Of a stretch of DNA of 64,000 nt, positions 29,255-37,557 are shown in pieces; position 1 is the first letter of the stretch; every line of letters begins with the position of its first letter. The translations under genes were made by a program, and so were the position numbers. Origin of the DNA: an uncultured Planctomycetia bacterium (lineage in GTDB: Bacteria > Omnitrophota > Gorgyraeia > Tantalellales > Tantalellaceae). The stretch is taken from the NCBI GenBank assembly GCA_964572255.1, contig CAZNEE010000004.1:26344-90343 (forward strand), written 5' to 3'. The notes under the pieces were generated by a model. That model did not search any database. It was not told the DNA's origin and saw nothing but the letters and a program-made list of their open reading frames with translations.

Positions 29255-30862
29255 ATGATGGGAAAAGAACAGACCAATAATCGTTCTGAAGAGAAAAAAT
29301 ACGAAGCTTTAAGCCCGTTTGAGCTCAAGAATAAACTTATAGACATGGCCCAGACGCATCACGAGCGCATGATGCTTAACGCGGGAAGAGGCAATCCCAA
29401 TTGGATCACAATGATGCCGCGGCGCGGATTTTTTCAACTAGGGCTTTTTGCTGTTCAGGAATCAGAAAGAAGACCCCACAGGCCAAGATTGGGATCAACT
29501 CCGGAGAAGGAAGGTATTGCAAAAAGGTTTGAGGAATATCTTGCGGAGAATTGGGAGGGTGAAGGCGTTCCGTTCTTAAAAGAAGCTCATAATTATGTTA
29601 TCAATGAATTAAAACTTGACCCGGACGATTTTATTTGTGAAATGGTGGATGCGATACTCGGAGATCATTATCCCACACCGGACAGGATGCTCACTAGCAG
29701 TGAAAAAATAGTCCACAAGTATCTTGAGCAGGAGATGTTCGGCAATGATCCCAAACTGGGCAAGTTCGATCTTTTTCCGACGGAAGGCGGGACCGCCGCA
29801 ATGGATTACATATTTACTTCTCTTATGGAGAATAAACTTCTGCACAAAGGGGATAAGATCGCTTTAGGGACGCCGATATTCACCCCGTATCTTGAGATCC
29901 CGCATTTAAATGATTATGAGTTCGTAGAACTTGAAGTCAAGCAGGGCGAAAACTCAGACTGGCAGTATTCCGATTCCGAGATCGAAAAACTGGCGGATCC
30001 GGATGTAAAAGCGTTTTTTCTGGTGAACCCTTCAAACCCCACATCGGTGAGCATACAGGAAGATACTCTCAAAAAAATAGGGGACCTGGTCAAAAATAAA
30101 CGCCGGGACCTGATCTTGCTTACGGATGATGTATATGGCACATTTGTCAATGGTTTCAGGTCGCTTGCGGCCGTCGCGCCGTACAATACGATCCTTGTAT
30201 ATTCATATTCCAAATACTTCGGCGCTACAGGCTGGAGGCTGGGCGTAATAGGGATGCACGAGAACAACGTATTTGATAAGGCAATCGCTTCATTGTCTGA
30301 AAGTGACAGGAAAGGATTACATGCGCGATACAGCACTGTGGTCCTCGATCCCGACGGCATGAAATTGATCGACAGGATGGTCGCCGATTCCAGGTCCGTT
30401 GCGCTGCATCATACCGCGGGGCTTTCAACGCCGCAGCAGGTGCTGATGGTCCTGTTCTCCCTCTATTGTTTGATCGATAAAGAAAACAGGTATAAAGAGG
30501 AAGCTCAGTCAATAGTCGCTCATAGGTTCAAGACCCTGTACGATGCTATAGGCATCCCGTATCCCGACAATCAGTATGACGCGCATTATTATACAACTAT
30601 TGATATCCCGACCCTGGCGAAGACCAGGCACGGGGAAGATTTTGCTAAATATCTTGTTGGAGATCATGAGCCTATCGATTTTGTCTGGAGGCTTGCGGAC
30701 GAAAAGTCCATTGTCCTGATGGATGGCGGAGGTTTTGATGCGCCTAATATGTCCGTGCGCGTATCACTTGCTAATCTTCAGGACTCCGCTTACGAAAGAA
30801 TAGGTAAAGGCATTAGCGAGCTTCTGGAAGAGTATTATAAAGAATGGAAGGGAAAGGCATGA
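29255..30862 (+). CDS. asdA: Bifunctional aspartate aminotransferase / aspartate 4-decarboxylase
   Basis: 535 aa. The translation shows AsdA-family hallmarks from memory of the Pseudomonas enzyme: LSPFELK, MLNAGRGNPNW, GGTAAMDYIF, YSYSKYFGATGWRLGV and VADSRSVALHHTAGLSTPQQV. Confidence 0.8.
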   Translation: MMGKEQTNNRSEEKKYEALSPFELKNKLIDMAQTHHERMMLNAGRGNPNWITMMPRRGFFQLGLFAVQESERRPHRPRLGSTPEKEGIAKRFEEYLAENWEGEGVPFLKEAHNYVINELKLDPDDFICEMVDAILGDHYPTPDRMLTSSEKIVHKYLEQEMFGNDPKLGKFDLFPTEGGTAAMDYIFTSLMENKLLHKGDKIALGTPIFTPYLEIPHLNDYEFVELEVKQGENSDWQYSDSEIEKLADPDVKAFFLVNPSNPTSVSIQEDTLKKIGDLVKNKRRDLILLTDDVYGTFVNGFRSLAAVAPYNTILVYSYSKYFGATGWRLGVIGMHENNVFDKAIASLSESDRKGLHARYSTVVLDPDGMKLIDRMVADSRSVALHHTAGLSTPQQVLMVLFSLYCLIDKENRYKEEAQSIVAHRFKTLYDAIGIPYPDNQYDAHYYTTIDIPTLAKTRHGEDFAKYLVGDHEPIDFVWRLADEKSIVLMDGGGFDAPNMSVRVSLANLQDSAYERIGKGISELLEEYYKEWKGKA

Positions 30863-32538
30863 TGCATTATTTCGTTGATACTTGTAAGGCTTATCCTCAA
30901 ATTGCGGTGTTTCTTGCGCTTGCGATAGGTTATTATGTCGGCAAGATAAAAATTTTTGGGTTCACCCTTGGCTCGACTGCGGGAGTCCTTTTAAGCGCGA
31001 TTGTCATAGGCCAAATGGATATTACTGTTCCCCCGATGGCAAAGGCCATAGGGTTTGCGCTCTTCATATTCTGCATAGGATACAAAGTGGGGCCGCAATT
31101 TTTCGGTGCGATGAAAAAAGAAGGCCTTAAGTATATTGTACTTTCTTTATTCGTCGCTATAGTCGGGCTAGCAACAGCTGTCATTCTGGGTAAAACGCTG
31201 GGCTTTGATAAAGGAACTGCGGCAGGCCTTATTTCCGGAGCTATGACACAATCCTCAATCATAGGAACAGCCGACGGGGCTATAAGCCACTTAGCGATAT
31301 CTCAGGCCCAGAAAACGGCTCTTGAGGGTAATGTTGCTATAGCATACGCGATAACCTATATATTTGGGGTGGCGGGTCTGATAGTTTTTTACAAGATATT
31401 TCCGAGCATTTTGAAAGTTAACCTGAAAGATGAAGCCAGAAAGCTTGAACAGGAGATGTCCGGTGGGTCGGCGGAAGAGCTTGCCCCGGGGTTATTCTCA
31501 TGGTCCGGCAGGCTAAGCCTCAGGGTATATCGCGCCAAACATGAGAATGTAATAGGCAGGACCGTGAGGGATTTGGAGGAGATGTTTCCCGGAAGAGTTG
31601 CTGCCGATAAAATAAAACGCGGAGATAAAGTTTTTGACCCGGAACCGACTACAGTTATAGAGGCAGATGATAAGATAGCTTTAATAGGCAGCCGGGAAGA
31701 ATTTGTTAAAGTCGGCACAATGATCGGTCCTGAAATAGAAGACAAAACTGTTTCAGAGATCATCGGCGAAATGCTGGATATCTGCGTTCTTAATAAAGAA
31801 GTGGTGGGTAAAACTCTTGGCCAGTTGAGCGAAAAACATGGACACGGATGTTTTTTGAGAAAAATTTTAAGGCAAGGGCACGAAATACCTATTACCAGAG
31901 ACACTGTAATTAATAAATGCGATGTCTTAAAAGTTGCCGGCACCCAGAAAGATGTAGAGAAACTGGTAAAAGAGGTTGGATATCCGGAACGGCCGACGAA
32001 TACCACGGATCTAGTAATGGTGGGAGCAGGGTGTGTTTTAGGAACATTGCTTGGACTTTTGGCTGTAAAAGTAGGGGATATACCTCTAACACTTGGTATT
32101 GGCGGAGGCGTATTATTGGCGGGGTTAGTAGCCGGATGGCTTCGTTCACTTCACCCTACATTCGGACAGATCCCGACAAGCGCGCAATGGATATTTACGG
32201 ATTTCGGATTAAGTCTTTTTATCGCGTGTGTAGGTCTTACCGCAGGACCTAAGGCGGTCGAAGCTATCAAAACAACAGGGATCTCATTATTTTTAGCCGG
32301 AGTGGTTCTTACAATTACGCCGCATATACTTGGGTATTTTTTCGGCAGGGGGGTTTTAAGGTTAAACCCTCTTTTAACTATGGGAGCTTTGACCGGTGCA
32401 GGGACCGCGACGCCGTCACTCAATGTCCTTAAAGACGAGGCGGACAGTTCCATGCCGGCCCTGGGTTATACAGTGCCTTATGCGTTTGGTAATTTTATTT
32501 TAACGGTATGGGGTACGGTAATTATTCATTTGATGTAA
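30859..32538 (+). CDS. aspT: Aspartate:alanine antiporter-family transporter (AAE family, YidE/YbjL/AspT-like) with two central RCK_C/TrkA_C domains
   Basis: About 560 aa. It has duplicated 5-6 TM halves flanking two TrkA_C-like domains (VIGRTVRDLEEMF.., VVGKTLGQLSEKH..). The ATGA overlap with asdA implies co-translation. Confidence 0.75.
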   Translation: MMHYFVDTCKAYPQIAVFLALAIGYYVGKIKIFGFTLGSTAGVLLSAIVIGQMDITVPPMAKAIGFALFIFCIGYKVGPQFFGAMKKEGLKYIVLSLFVAIVGLATAVILGKTLGFDKGTAAGLISGAMTQSSIIGTADGAISHLAISQAQKTALEGNVAIAYAITYIFGVAGLIVFYKIFPSILKVNLKDEARKLEQEMSGGSAEELAPGLFSWSGRLSLRVYRAKHENVIGRTVRDLEEMFPGRVAADKIKRGDKVFDPEPTTVIEADDKIALIGSREEFVKVGTMIGPEIEDKTVSEIIGEMLDICVLNKEVVGKTLGQLSEKHGHGCFLRKILRQGHEIPITRDTVINKCDVLKVAGTQKDVEKLVKEVGYPERPTNTTDLVMVGAGCVLGTLLGLLAVKVGDIPLTLGIGGGVLLAGLVAGWLRSLHPTFGQIPTSAQWIFTDFGLSLFIACVGLTAGPKAVEAIKTTGISLFLAGVVLTITPHILGYFFGRGVLRLNPLLTMGALTGAGTATPSLNVLKDEADSSMPALGYTVPYAFGNFILTVWGTVIIHLM

Positions 32539-32553
32539 AAACGAGGAGGAGAA

Positions 32554-32976
32554 ATGATAAAAAGTGCGGTTTTAACCAATCAAATTATCGTCCAAGCTGT
32601 GAACAAGAAAGGCACTCTGGCTGATATCGCAAAGCTGACATCCGAACACGGGATAAATATCGAGGCCATGGCGGGCTATGTGGCGGACGGCGATACGGCT
32701 ACTCTGATGCTGGTCACGGATGACGAGCGCAGAACGGTGGATCTTCTTAAAGAACACGGATACCAATCCGTGCACGAGACAAAAGTCATTTATATTGAGA
32801 TCGAAAGCAAACCGGGCGCTTTAAAGGTTATTTCGGATAAATTGGCGGACAACGATATCGATATAAAGTATAATTACGGGACAACATCTTCTGACGCGAG
32901 ATATTCGAGGATGGTCCTGGGAACAAGCGACAATGAGAAAGCCGTTGTTCTTTTCCAAAAATTTACCGAAGAATAG
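32554..32976 (+). CDS. Tandem ACT-domain protein
   Basis: 140 aa with two ~65-aa ACT-like beta-alpha-beta-beta-alpha-beta units (VQAVNKKGTLADIAKL.., IEIESKPGALKVISDKL..). Confidence 0.55.
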   Translation: MIKSAVLTNQIIVQAVNKKGTLADIAKLTSEHGINIEAMAGYVADGDTATLMLVTDDERRTVDLLKEHGYQSVHETKVIYIEIESKPGALKVISDKLADNDIDIKYNYGTTSSDARYSRMVLGTSDNEKAVVLFQKFTEE

Positions 32977-32988
32977 TTTGTCCTACTT

Positions 32989-33381
32989 ATGAAGATCGGG
33001 CTGGATGTTGACGATACGATAATGAGGGCTCCGGAATTATTTAGTTTGCTTTCCAAAGCTGCATCGGAGGCGGGCTGGCAGATTCATGTTATTACCACGC
33101 GTCCTGATACTGAATCTGACAGACAAAGAACTATTGACGATCTAGAGAAGGAAAAAATTTCATATCATACTGCATATCATCTTCCCAAGCAAGAAGGGGA
33201 AGTTGAAGATTGCCCTTATGAAGATCTTGACAGCTATCATAAATTCGTGTGGCAAAAGGTAAGATACTGTCAGGAAGAAGGAATAGACATCTATTTTGAT
33301 GATGACGAAAGGGTTGTTGAGCTATTTAAAATATTTGCTCCCAAAATACAGATCTTTCGCGTTTGCAAGCATGATATCTGA
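32989..33381 (+). CDS. Minimal HAD-superfamily phosphatase-like protein
   Basis: The HAD motifs are present in order: motif I LDVDDTI (DxDxT), motif II VITTR and motif IV IYFDDDE. It is unusually short at 130 aa. Confidence 0.4.
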   Translation: MKIGLDVDDTIMRAPELFSLLSKAASEAGWQIHVITTRPDTESDRQRTIDDLEKEKISYHTAYHLPKQEGEVEDCPYEDLDSYHKFVWQKVRYCQEEGIDIYFDDDERVVELFKIFAPKIQIFRVCKHDI

Positions 33382-33533
33382 TCAAAAGGAGATCCCGGTG
33401 ACATTAAATAAAAAACAAATAATCACTTTAGCTGTTTTAGTCGCGCTTATTGCGATATGCATATTTTTTCTCAGGGAACAGGTTGCGACGCTCATAAGCT
33501 TCGATTGATAGGGTTGATAATAAATATTTTCAG

Positions 33534-33782
33534 TTGCATTTGCAATTCAGGGGATTGTTGAATGTCGTAGCGGCAATTTTTGAGATCCCGACGACCATGA
33601 TGAAAGAGGGGGAAACTGAGGGTGCCGGCGCTGCCGTGACAAAGGGTCCGGTTCTTGGTATCGTGAACACGGTTGTAAGAGCGCTTGTGGGCGTTTACGA
33701 GATCGCTACATTCCCGGTTCCGGTTCCTGAAGGTTATAAACCTATCTTGGAGTCCCCGGAGATCTTGGGTAAGCAGATGTAA
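33534..33782 (+). CDS. Hypothetical small protein (start uncertain)
   Basis: 82-aa ORF without an obvious RBS. It is followed by a strong intrinsic terminator. Confidence 0.3.
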   Translation: MHLQFRGLLNVVAAIFEIPTTMMKEGETEGAGAAVTKGPVLGIVNTVVRALVGVYEIATFPVPVPEGYKPILESPEILGKQM

Positions 33783-33804
33783 AAGATATAATAATTGTTG
33801 TTTG

Positions 33805-33841
33805 AAAAGGCCTCATCTTCGAGATGAGGCCTTTTTGTTTT
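33805..33841 (+). terminator. Rho-independent terminator
   Basis: AAAAGGCCTCATC-TTCGA-GATGAGGCCTTTTTGTTTT forms a 9-13-bp perfect stem followed by a T-tract. Confidence 0.85.
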
Positions 33842-34104
33842 CACGGGCATTCTTTTTAAAGAGCCGAAGAAGGACAGATCTGGTAAAAATTTAAAAATTC
33901 TCTTTGTCCCCTTGTAATTTCCTTGCTTATTATTATAATTTATAAGTATAATATTGCTGAAGAAACAGTTTTATCAAGACGTATCGCCGGGATTATGGAT
34001 GAAAACTGAATCAGGACGTTGTTGAACATGAGGGCAATTTTCACGGATGGTGGAAGTTGCCTTTTTTTATCGACTAATAAACGCAATTAAAAGAAGGGGG
34101 AAAG

Positions 34105-34431
34105 ATGAAGAGAATCATAGCATTATTTTTAGTGGTTGCACTGGCTGCTGTAGTTGCGCCGGCATTCGCCGCGCAGGGGGCAAAAGGCGCAAGCGCGACA
34201 GCAATGGAAAAAGCGAGCGATGAGGCGATATTCCATCGTGTCGGCGATTGGTTTGCGACACGCGGTAAGACGCCGGAAGAAGCTCAGGCAATAAGAGCCG
34301 CAAGAAAGGCTGAAAGAACGGCAAAAAGGGCCCAGAAAGAGGCTGAAAGACAGAAAAAGCTCATGGAAAAACAATTGAGAAAATCCCAGAAAGAGATGAA
34401 AGGGCAAGTGAAAAAGGGCTGGGGGAAGTAA
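34105..34431 (+). CDS. Small secreted Lys/Glu-rich protein
   Basis: 108 aa with a signal peptide (ALFLVVALAAVVAPAFAA) and a highly charged helical C-terminus. AAGGGGGAAAG lies before the ATG. Confidence 0.5.
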   Translation: MKRIIALFLVVALAAVVAPAFAAQGAKGASATAMEKASDEAIFHRVGDWFATRGKTPEEAQAIRAARKAERTAKRAQKEAERQKKLMEKQLRKSQKEMKGQVKKGWGK

Positions 34432-34464
34432 GCCCAGAGGCGCATTTTAAAAAGGAGTGAAAAA

Positions 34465-35289
34465 ATGAAGAAGCTCGTCAGTATTCTTATAGTGGTACTG
34501 GTTGTGCTTTTTGTTCTGTCTTTTGCTAAGGACATGATCATTAAGACATCAGTAGAAAAAGGAGTTGAAGTTGTTACGGGACTCCCCCTGAAGATGAAGA
34601 GTCTCACAGTCGGCATAATCAAGACACTGGTGGGCATAAAGGACCTTAAGGTCTACAACCCTGCGGGGTATAAAGATAAGGTCATGCTTGACATGCCTGA
34701 GATCTATGTTGATTATAACCTGCCTGACATTATTAAAGGAAAAGTGCACCTTAACGATGTGCGGCTGGATCTTAAAGAATTTGTTGTTGTTAAGAACGAA
34801 AAAGGAGAGTTGAATTTAAACGCAATAAAGACCGTTCAAACGCAGAAAGAAGGCGCAAAACCGGCTGAGGCGAAAGAAAAAGGCAAGGCTCCCGAGATAC
34901 AGATCGATAATCTCCAGCTGAAGATCGGCAAGGTTATCTACAAGGATTATTCTGAGGGCGGAGCGCCTTCCGTTCAGGAGTTCGACATCAATCTTAATGA
35001 GAGATACCAGAACATTGATGACCCGAACAAGCTGGTAAGTTTAATAGTTGTTAAGGCCCTTATGAATACTTCGATCGCAAAACTTACGAATTTTGACCTG
35101 AAAGGCATGCAAGGCACGATCGGTGATACGCTTGCAAACGCTCAAAAGGTGGTCGGTCAGGCTCAGGAAGTGCTCACGCAGACCACCCAGCAGGCACAAG
35201 AGGCTGTAAAAGGGACCACGGAGGTTTTAAAACAAACTACCGAAGAGCTTAAAGAATCTTTAAAACTGCCGTTTGGCTCCAAAAAGTAA
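34465..35289 (+). CDS. AsmA-like/DUF748-like N-terminal-domain membrane-anchored protein (paralog of 56047-57273)
   Basis: An N-terminal TM anchor is followed by a segment alignable to the 56047 protein (KDLKVYNPAGYKDKVMLD..VRLDL.. versus KDFRVKNPPGYQQKYLAS..IEVTNIE..). Confidence 0.45.
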   Translation: MKKLVSILIVVLVVLFVLSFAKDMIIKTSVEKGVEVVTGLPLKMKSLTVGIIKTLVGIKDLKVYNPAGYKDKVMLDMPEIYVDYNLPDIIKGKVHLNDVRLDLKEFVVVKNEKGELNLNAIKTVQTQKEGAKPAEAKEKGKAPEIQIDNLQLKIGKVIYKDYSEGGAPSVQEFDINLNERYQNIDDPNKLVSLIVVKALMNTSIAKLTNFDLKGMQGTIGDTLANAQKVVGQAQEVLTQTTQQAQEAVKGTTEVLKQTTEELKESLKLPFGSKK

Positions 35290-35307
35290 AAACTATCAAG
35301 GAAAAAT

Positions 35308-35352
35308 AAGGGACGGGTGCAAAATTAAAATTGGCGCGTCCCTTATTTTTTT
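35308..35352 (+). terminator. Intrinsic terminator
   Basis: AAGGGACG...CGTCCCTT forms an 8-bp stem with a long loop, followed by ATTTTTTTG. Confidence 0.55.
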
Positions 35353-35371
35353 GCATAATGCAATAAGATAT

Positions 35372-35400
35372 GGAACTTTTTTATGTTTTTTGTTGTCTAA
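35372..35400 (+). promoter_or_regulatory. ECF (RpoE-type) promoter, GGAACTT-N16-GTCTAA; autoregulatory for the sigma/anti-sigma pair
   Basis: GGAACTT at 35372-35378, then 16 nt, then GTCTAA at 35395-35400, placed 18 nt before the sigma factor ATG. Confidence 0.65.
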
Positions 35401-35417
35401 TATAACAGGGAAAGAAG

Positions 35418-35981
35418 ATGCAGGATATATCCAGGGATGTTGTAGAACGGGCGTCAGAAGGCGATATTGAGGCTTTTGAAGAGATTTATAGAATATCTGC
35501 AAGTTATGTATACACAATAGCTTACAGAGTCACACACAGCAAGGAAGATGCAGAGGAAGTTACTCAGGATGTTTTTATGGGCGTTTACAGAAATATCGGG
35601 AAATTTCAGTCGAGATCGACTTTTAAAACATGGGTATACAGGATAACAATGAATATCGCGATCAATTTAATTAACAGGAGAAAACGGAAAACCGGACGCA
35701 CGATTACGTATGACGACGCAATAAGTGCCGGGGAAAATATATACGCTCACGAAGGACAGCTTTATAAAGAGGATGATAAGAAAGTCATTGAGTCCATGTT
35801 GAGGGTTTTGCCCCCTGAACAAAAAGCATGTATAGTCCTTAAAGTCATGGAGGGACTTAAATATAAGGAAATAGCGGAGATTCTCAAGATAAATATTAAT
35901 ACCGTAAGATCAAGGCTTAAAAGGGCCCGCGAAAGACTTTTAGCCCTGAGAAAAAGGGAGGCGAGCGGCGATGAAGTGTAA
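35418..35981 (+). CDS. ECF-subfamily sigma-70 factor
   Basis: Region 2 (VTQDVFMGVYRNIGKFQ) and region 4 (YKEIAEILKININTVRSRLKRARERL) are both present. Confidence 0.9.
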   Translation: MQDISRDVVERASEGDIEAFEEIYRISASYVYTIAYRVTHSKEDAEEVTQDVFMGVYRNIGKFQSRSTFKTWVYRITMNIAINLINRRKRKTGRTITYDDAISAGENIYAHEGQLYKEDDKKVIESMLRVLPPEQKACIVLKVMEGLKYKEIAEILKININTVRSRLKRARERLLALRKREASGDEV

Positions 35982-36459
35982 AAAAGTCCAAGACATGATA
36001 AAGACCGATTATATTGACGGCGAACTTGATGCTTCATTAAAAAGCCGGATCGATGAGCATTTAAGGATATGCCCCGAGTGCAGGCGGTTTGAAGAGGCGT
36101 TGCGCGAGGGTACGGTCGATCCTTTAAAGAAGGCGGAATTAATGCAGCCGTCTGAGGCGGTTTGGGAGAATATAAGGGCAGCTATTGAGGAAGAAAGGAC
36201 GCGAACTTTTCCTGCGATCTCAATATCGGCCTTGCGGGATCTTTTTATTTTTCGTAAGCCGAAATTGGCAATTGTGGCGGCTTTTCTTTTAGCGGTGATA
36301 ATCACATTCTTTTCCGTGAGATACTATGTCAGCCAAAATGCTTTGGAAGGATACCTCCAGGAGCAGGTAGAATTTTTGGATCTTCTGGGTAACGGCAACG
36401 GGGTTTTTGATCTGGAGGATATTGATATAGGTATTCCCGGGGAAGAATATCTGCTTTAG
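35971..36459 (+). CDS. Anti-sigma factor (zf-HC2 type) with transmembrane segment
   Basis: It has the N-terminal H-x3-C-x2-C motif (HLRICPECRRFEE) and a central TM helix. It overlaps the sigma gene by 11 nt. Confidence 0.75.
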   Translation: MKCKKVQDMIKTDYIDGELDASLKSRIDEHLRICPECRRFEEALREGTVDPLKKAELMQPSEAVWENIRAAIEEERTRTFPAISISALRDLFIFRKPKLAIVAAFLLAVIITFFSVRYYVSQNALEGYLQEQVEFLDLLGNGNGVFDLEDIDIGIPGEEYLL

Positions 36460-36461
36460 GC

Positions 36462-36490
36462 GGAACTTTTTTCAGGAAAGTTTTGTCTAA
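36462..36490 (+). promoter_or_regulatory. Second ECF-type promoter, GGAACTT-N16-GTCTAA, driving the Spy-like and glycine-zipper genes
   Basis: GGAACTT at 36462-36468, then 16 nt, then GTCTAA at 36485-36490. It has the same architecture and the same hexamers as 35372-35400. Confidence 0.65.
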
Positions 36491-36513
36491 GTAGATAGAA
36501 GGAGGTGATCGAG

Positions 36514-37011
36514 ATGAAGATAACATATAAAAAAATAGTAGTTTGTTTGCTTGTGGCAACGGTATTTTTTGCTGTGCCGGTCTTTTCTGCCCAGGCTTTT
36601 GAGAAGTACGCAAAAGAAAAAGGCGAATATGCTCAAAAGAAGATGGAGAGGCTCACAGCGGAACTGGGCCTTACTGATGAGCAGAAGAGTGAGATGCAGA
36701 AGCTGCGTGAAGAAAGCTGGGAGGGGAAGAGAGAGCTATACAGTCAGCTGAAGGCCGCAAGGAAGGAGCTTCGGGAAGAGCTGAAAAAACCTTCATCGGA
36801 CAGGGGAAAGATCAATGATATTGTTGCAAGAATGAAGGATCTTCAGGGGGAAATGATCGATAATAGAGTTGATCATTTTCTTGAGACGAAAGAAGTTCTT
36901 ACCGATGAACAGTTCCGGAAGTTCCAGGGCCTTCTGAAGGAAAAGCGCGATAAGGTTCGCAGGAAAATAGGCGAAAGAACGGAAAAAAGATCCCGCAGAA
37001 AAAGTTATTGA
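36514..37011 (+). CDS. Spy/CpxP-like periplasmic LTxxQ-motif protein
   Basis: It has a signal peptide, LTDEQKSEMQKL and LTDEQFRKFQGL (LTxxQ repeats) and a charged helical body. GAAGGAGG lies before the ATG at 36514. Confidence 0.65.
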   Translation: MKITYKKIVVCLLVATVFFAVPVFSAQAFEKYAKEKGEYAQKKMERLTAELGLTDEQKSEMQKLREESWEGKRELYSQLKAARKELREELKKPSSDRGKINDIVARMKDLQGEMIDNRVDHFLETKEVLTDEQFRKFQGLLKEKRDKVRRKIGERTEKRSRRKSY

Positions 37012-37025
37012 TAAGGGGGTGGGTC

Positions 37026-37406
37026 ATGAAGAGGATACTGGTGATAACAATTATCGGTGCATTTTTGATGTCTCTTGTCATCATCCCTTCGTTTGCCCAG
37101 AAAAGCTCCAGTGATCTTCTAAGGCAGGGGCTTTTAGGGGCCGGTGCGGGAGCCATCGGGGGCGCTGCCTCTGGCGCGAAGGGAAGAGATGTATGGAAAG
37201 GCGCTTTGGCGGGAGCCGGCGTAAATATCATCGGAGGCGCGCTTCTTGATTCTATCAGCGGGGAAAGAGTCGAAAGAGAAAGCAATGTGCAGCAAATGAG
37301 GCCGCGCGATGCATATGGCGAAGGATATCAGGACGGGTTTAATAACGGTTATAAGGCAGGTTATACCCGGGGCTACAAAGACGCCTTTACGGAAAACATA
37401 AGATAG
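37026..37406 (+). CDS. Secreted glycine-zipper small protein (paralog 2)
   Basis: GLLGAGAGAIGGAASGAKGRDVWKGALAGAGVNIIG plus a GY tail, about 65% identical to the 27439-27798 product. The two genes are also similar at the DNA level. It is co-transcribed with the Spy-like gene. Confidence 0.6.
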   Translation: MKRILVITIIGAFLMSLVIIPSFAQKSSSDLLRQGLLGAGAGAIGGAASGAKGRDVWKGALAGAGVNIIGGALLDSISGERVERESNVQQMRPRDAYGEGYQDGFNNGYKAGYTRGYKDAFTENIR

Positions 37407-37468
37407 TATTGTCAAGAAAAAAAGAAATTTTTTATTAATAAAAATATAAAAATTTTTTTAACATTTTG

Positions 37469-37495
37469 TTGACAGTGCCTACCTAATAATATAAT
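37469..37495 (+). promoter_or_regulatory. Strong sigma-70-like promoter (TTGACA ... TATAAT) for the ATPase operon
   Basis: TTGACA at 37469-37474 and TATAAT at 37490-37495 (15-nt spacer), or alternatively TAATAT with a 17-nt spacer. The surrounding intergenic DNA is AT-rich. Confidence 0.55.
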
Positions 37496-37522
37496 ATGAT
37501 TTCTCGTCTTTAGAGAAGTCAT
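37496..37522 (+). promoter_or_regulatory. Imperfect inverted repeat ATGATTTCTC-N7-GAGAAGTCAT overlapping the transcription start region (candidate operator)
   Basis: A 9/10 inverted repeat immediately downstream of the -10 element. Confidence 0.35.
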
Positions 37523-37557
37523 ATTATTTATCTTTATATATATTTATTTTATACAAC

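Noticed and set aside
33296-33508. 70-aa ORF spanning the end of the mini-HAD gene
   Set aside because: Its first half is an out-of-frame overlap of the HAD gene. Only the distal 37 codons after the GTG at 33397, which have an RBS, look plausible; these are mentioned in the findings.
33990-34080. Possible small RNA or terminator hairpin (GGCAA-N19-TTGCC followed by a T-tract) in the long spacer before 34105
   Set aside because: The stem is only 5 bp and the loop is long. Without comparative data this is not a supportable structure.
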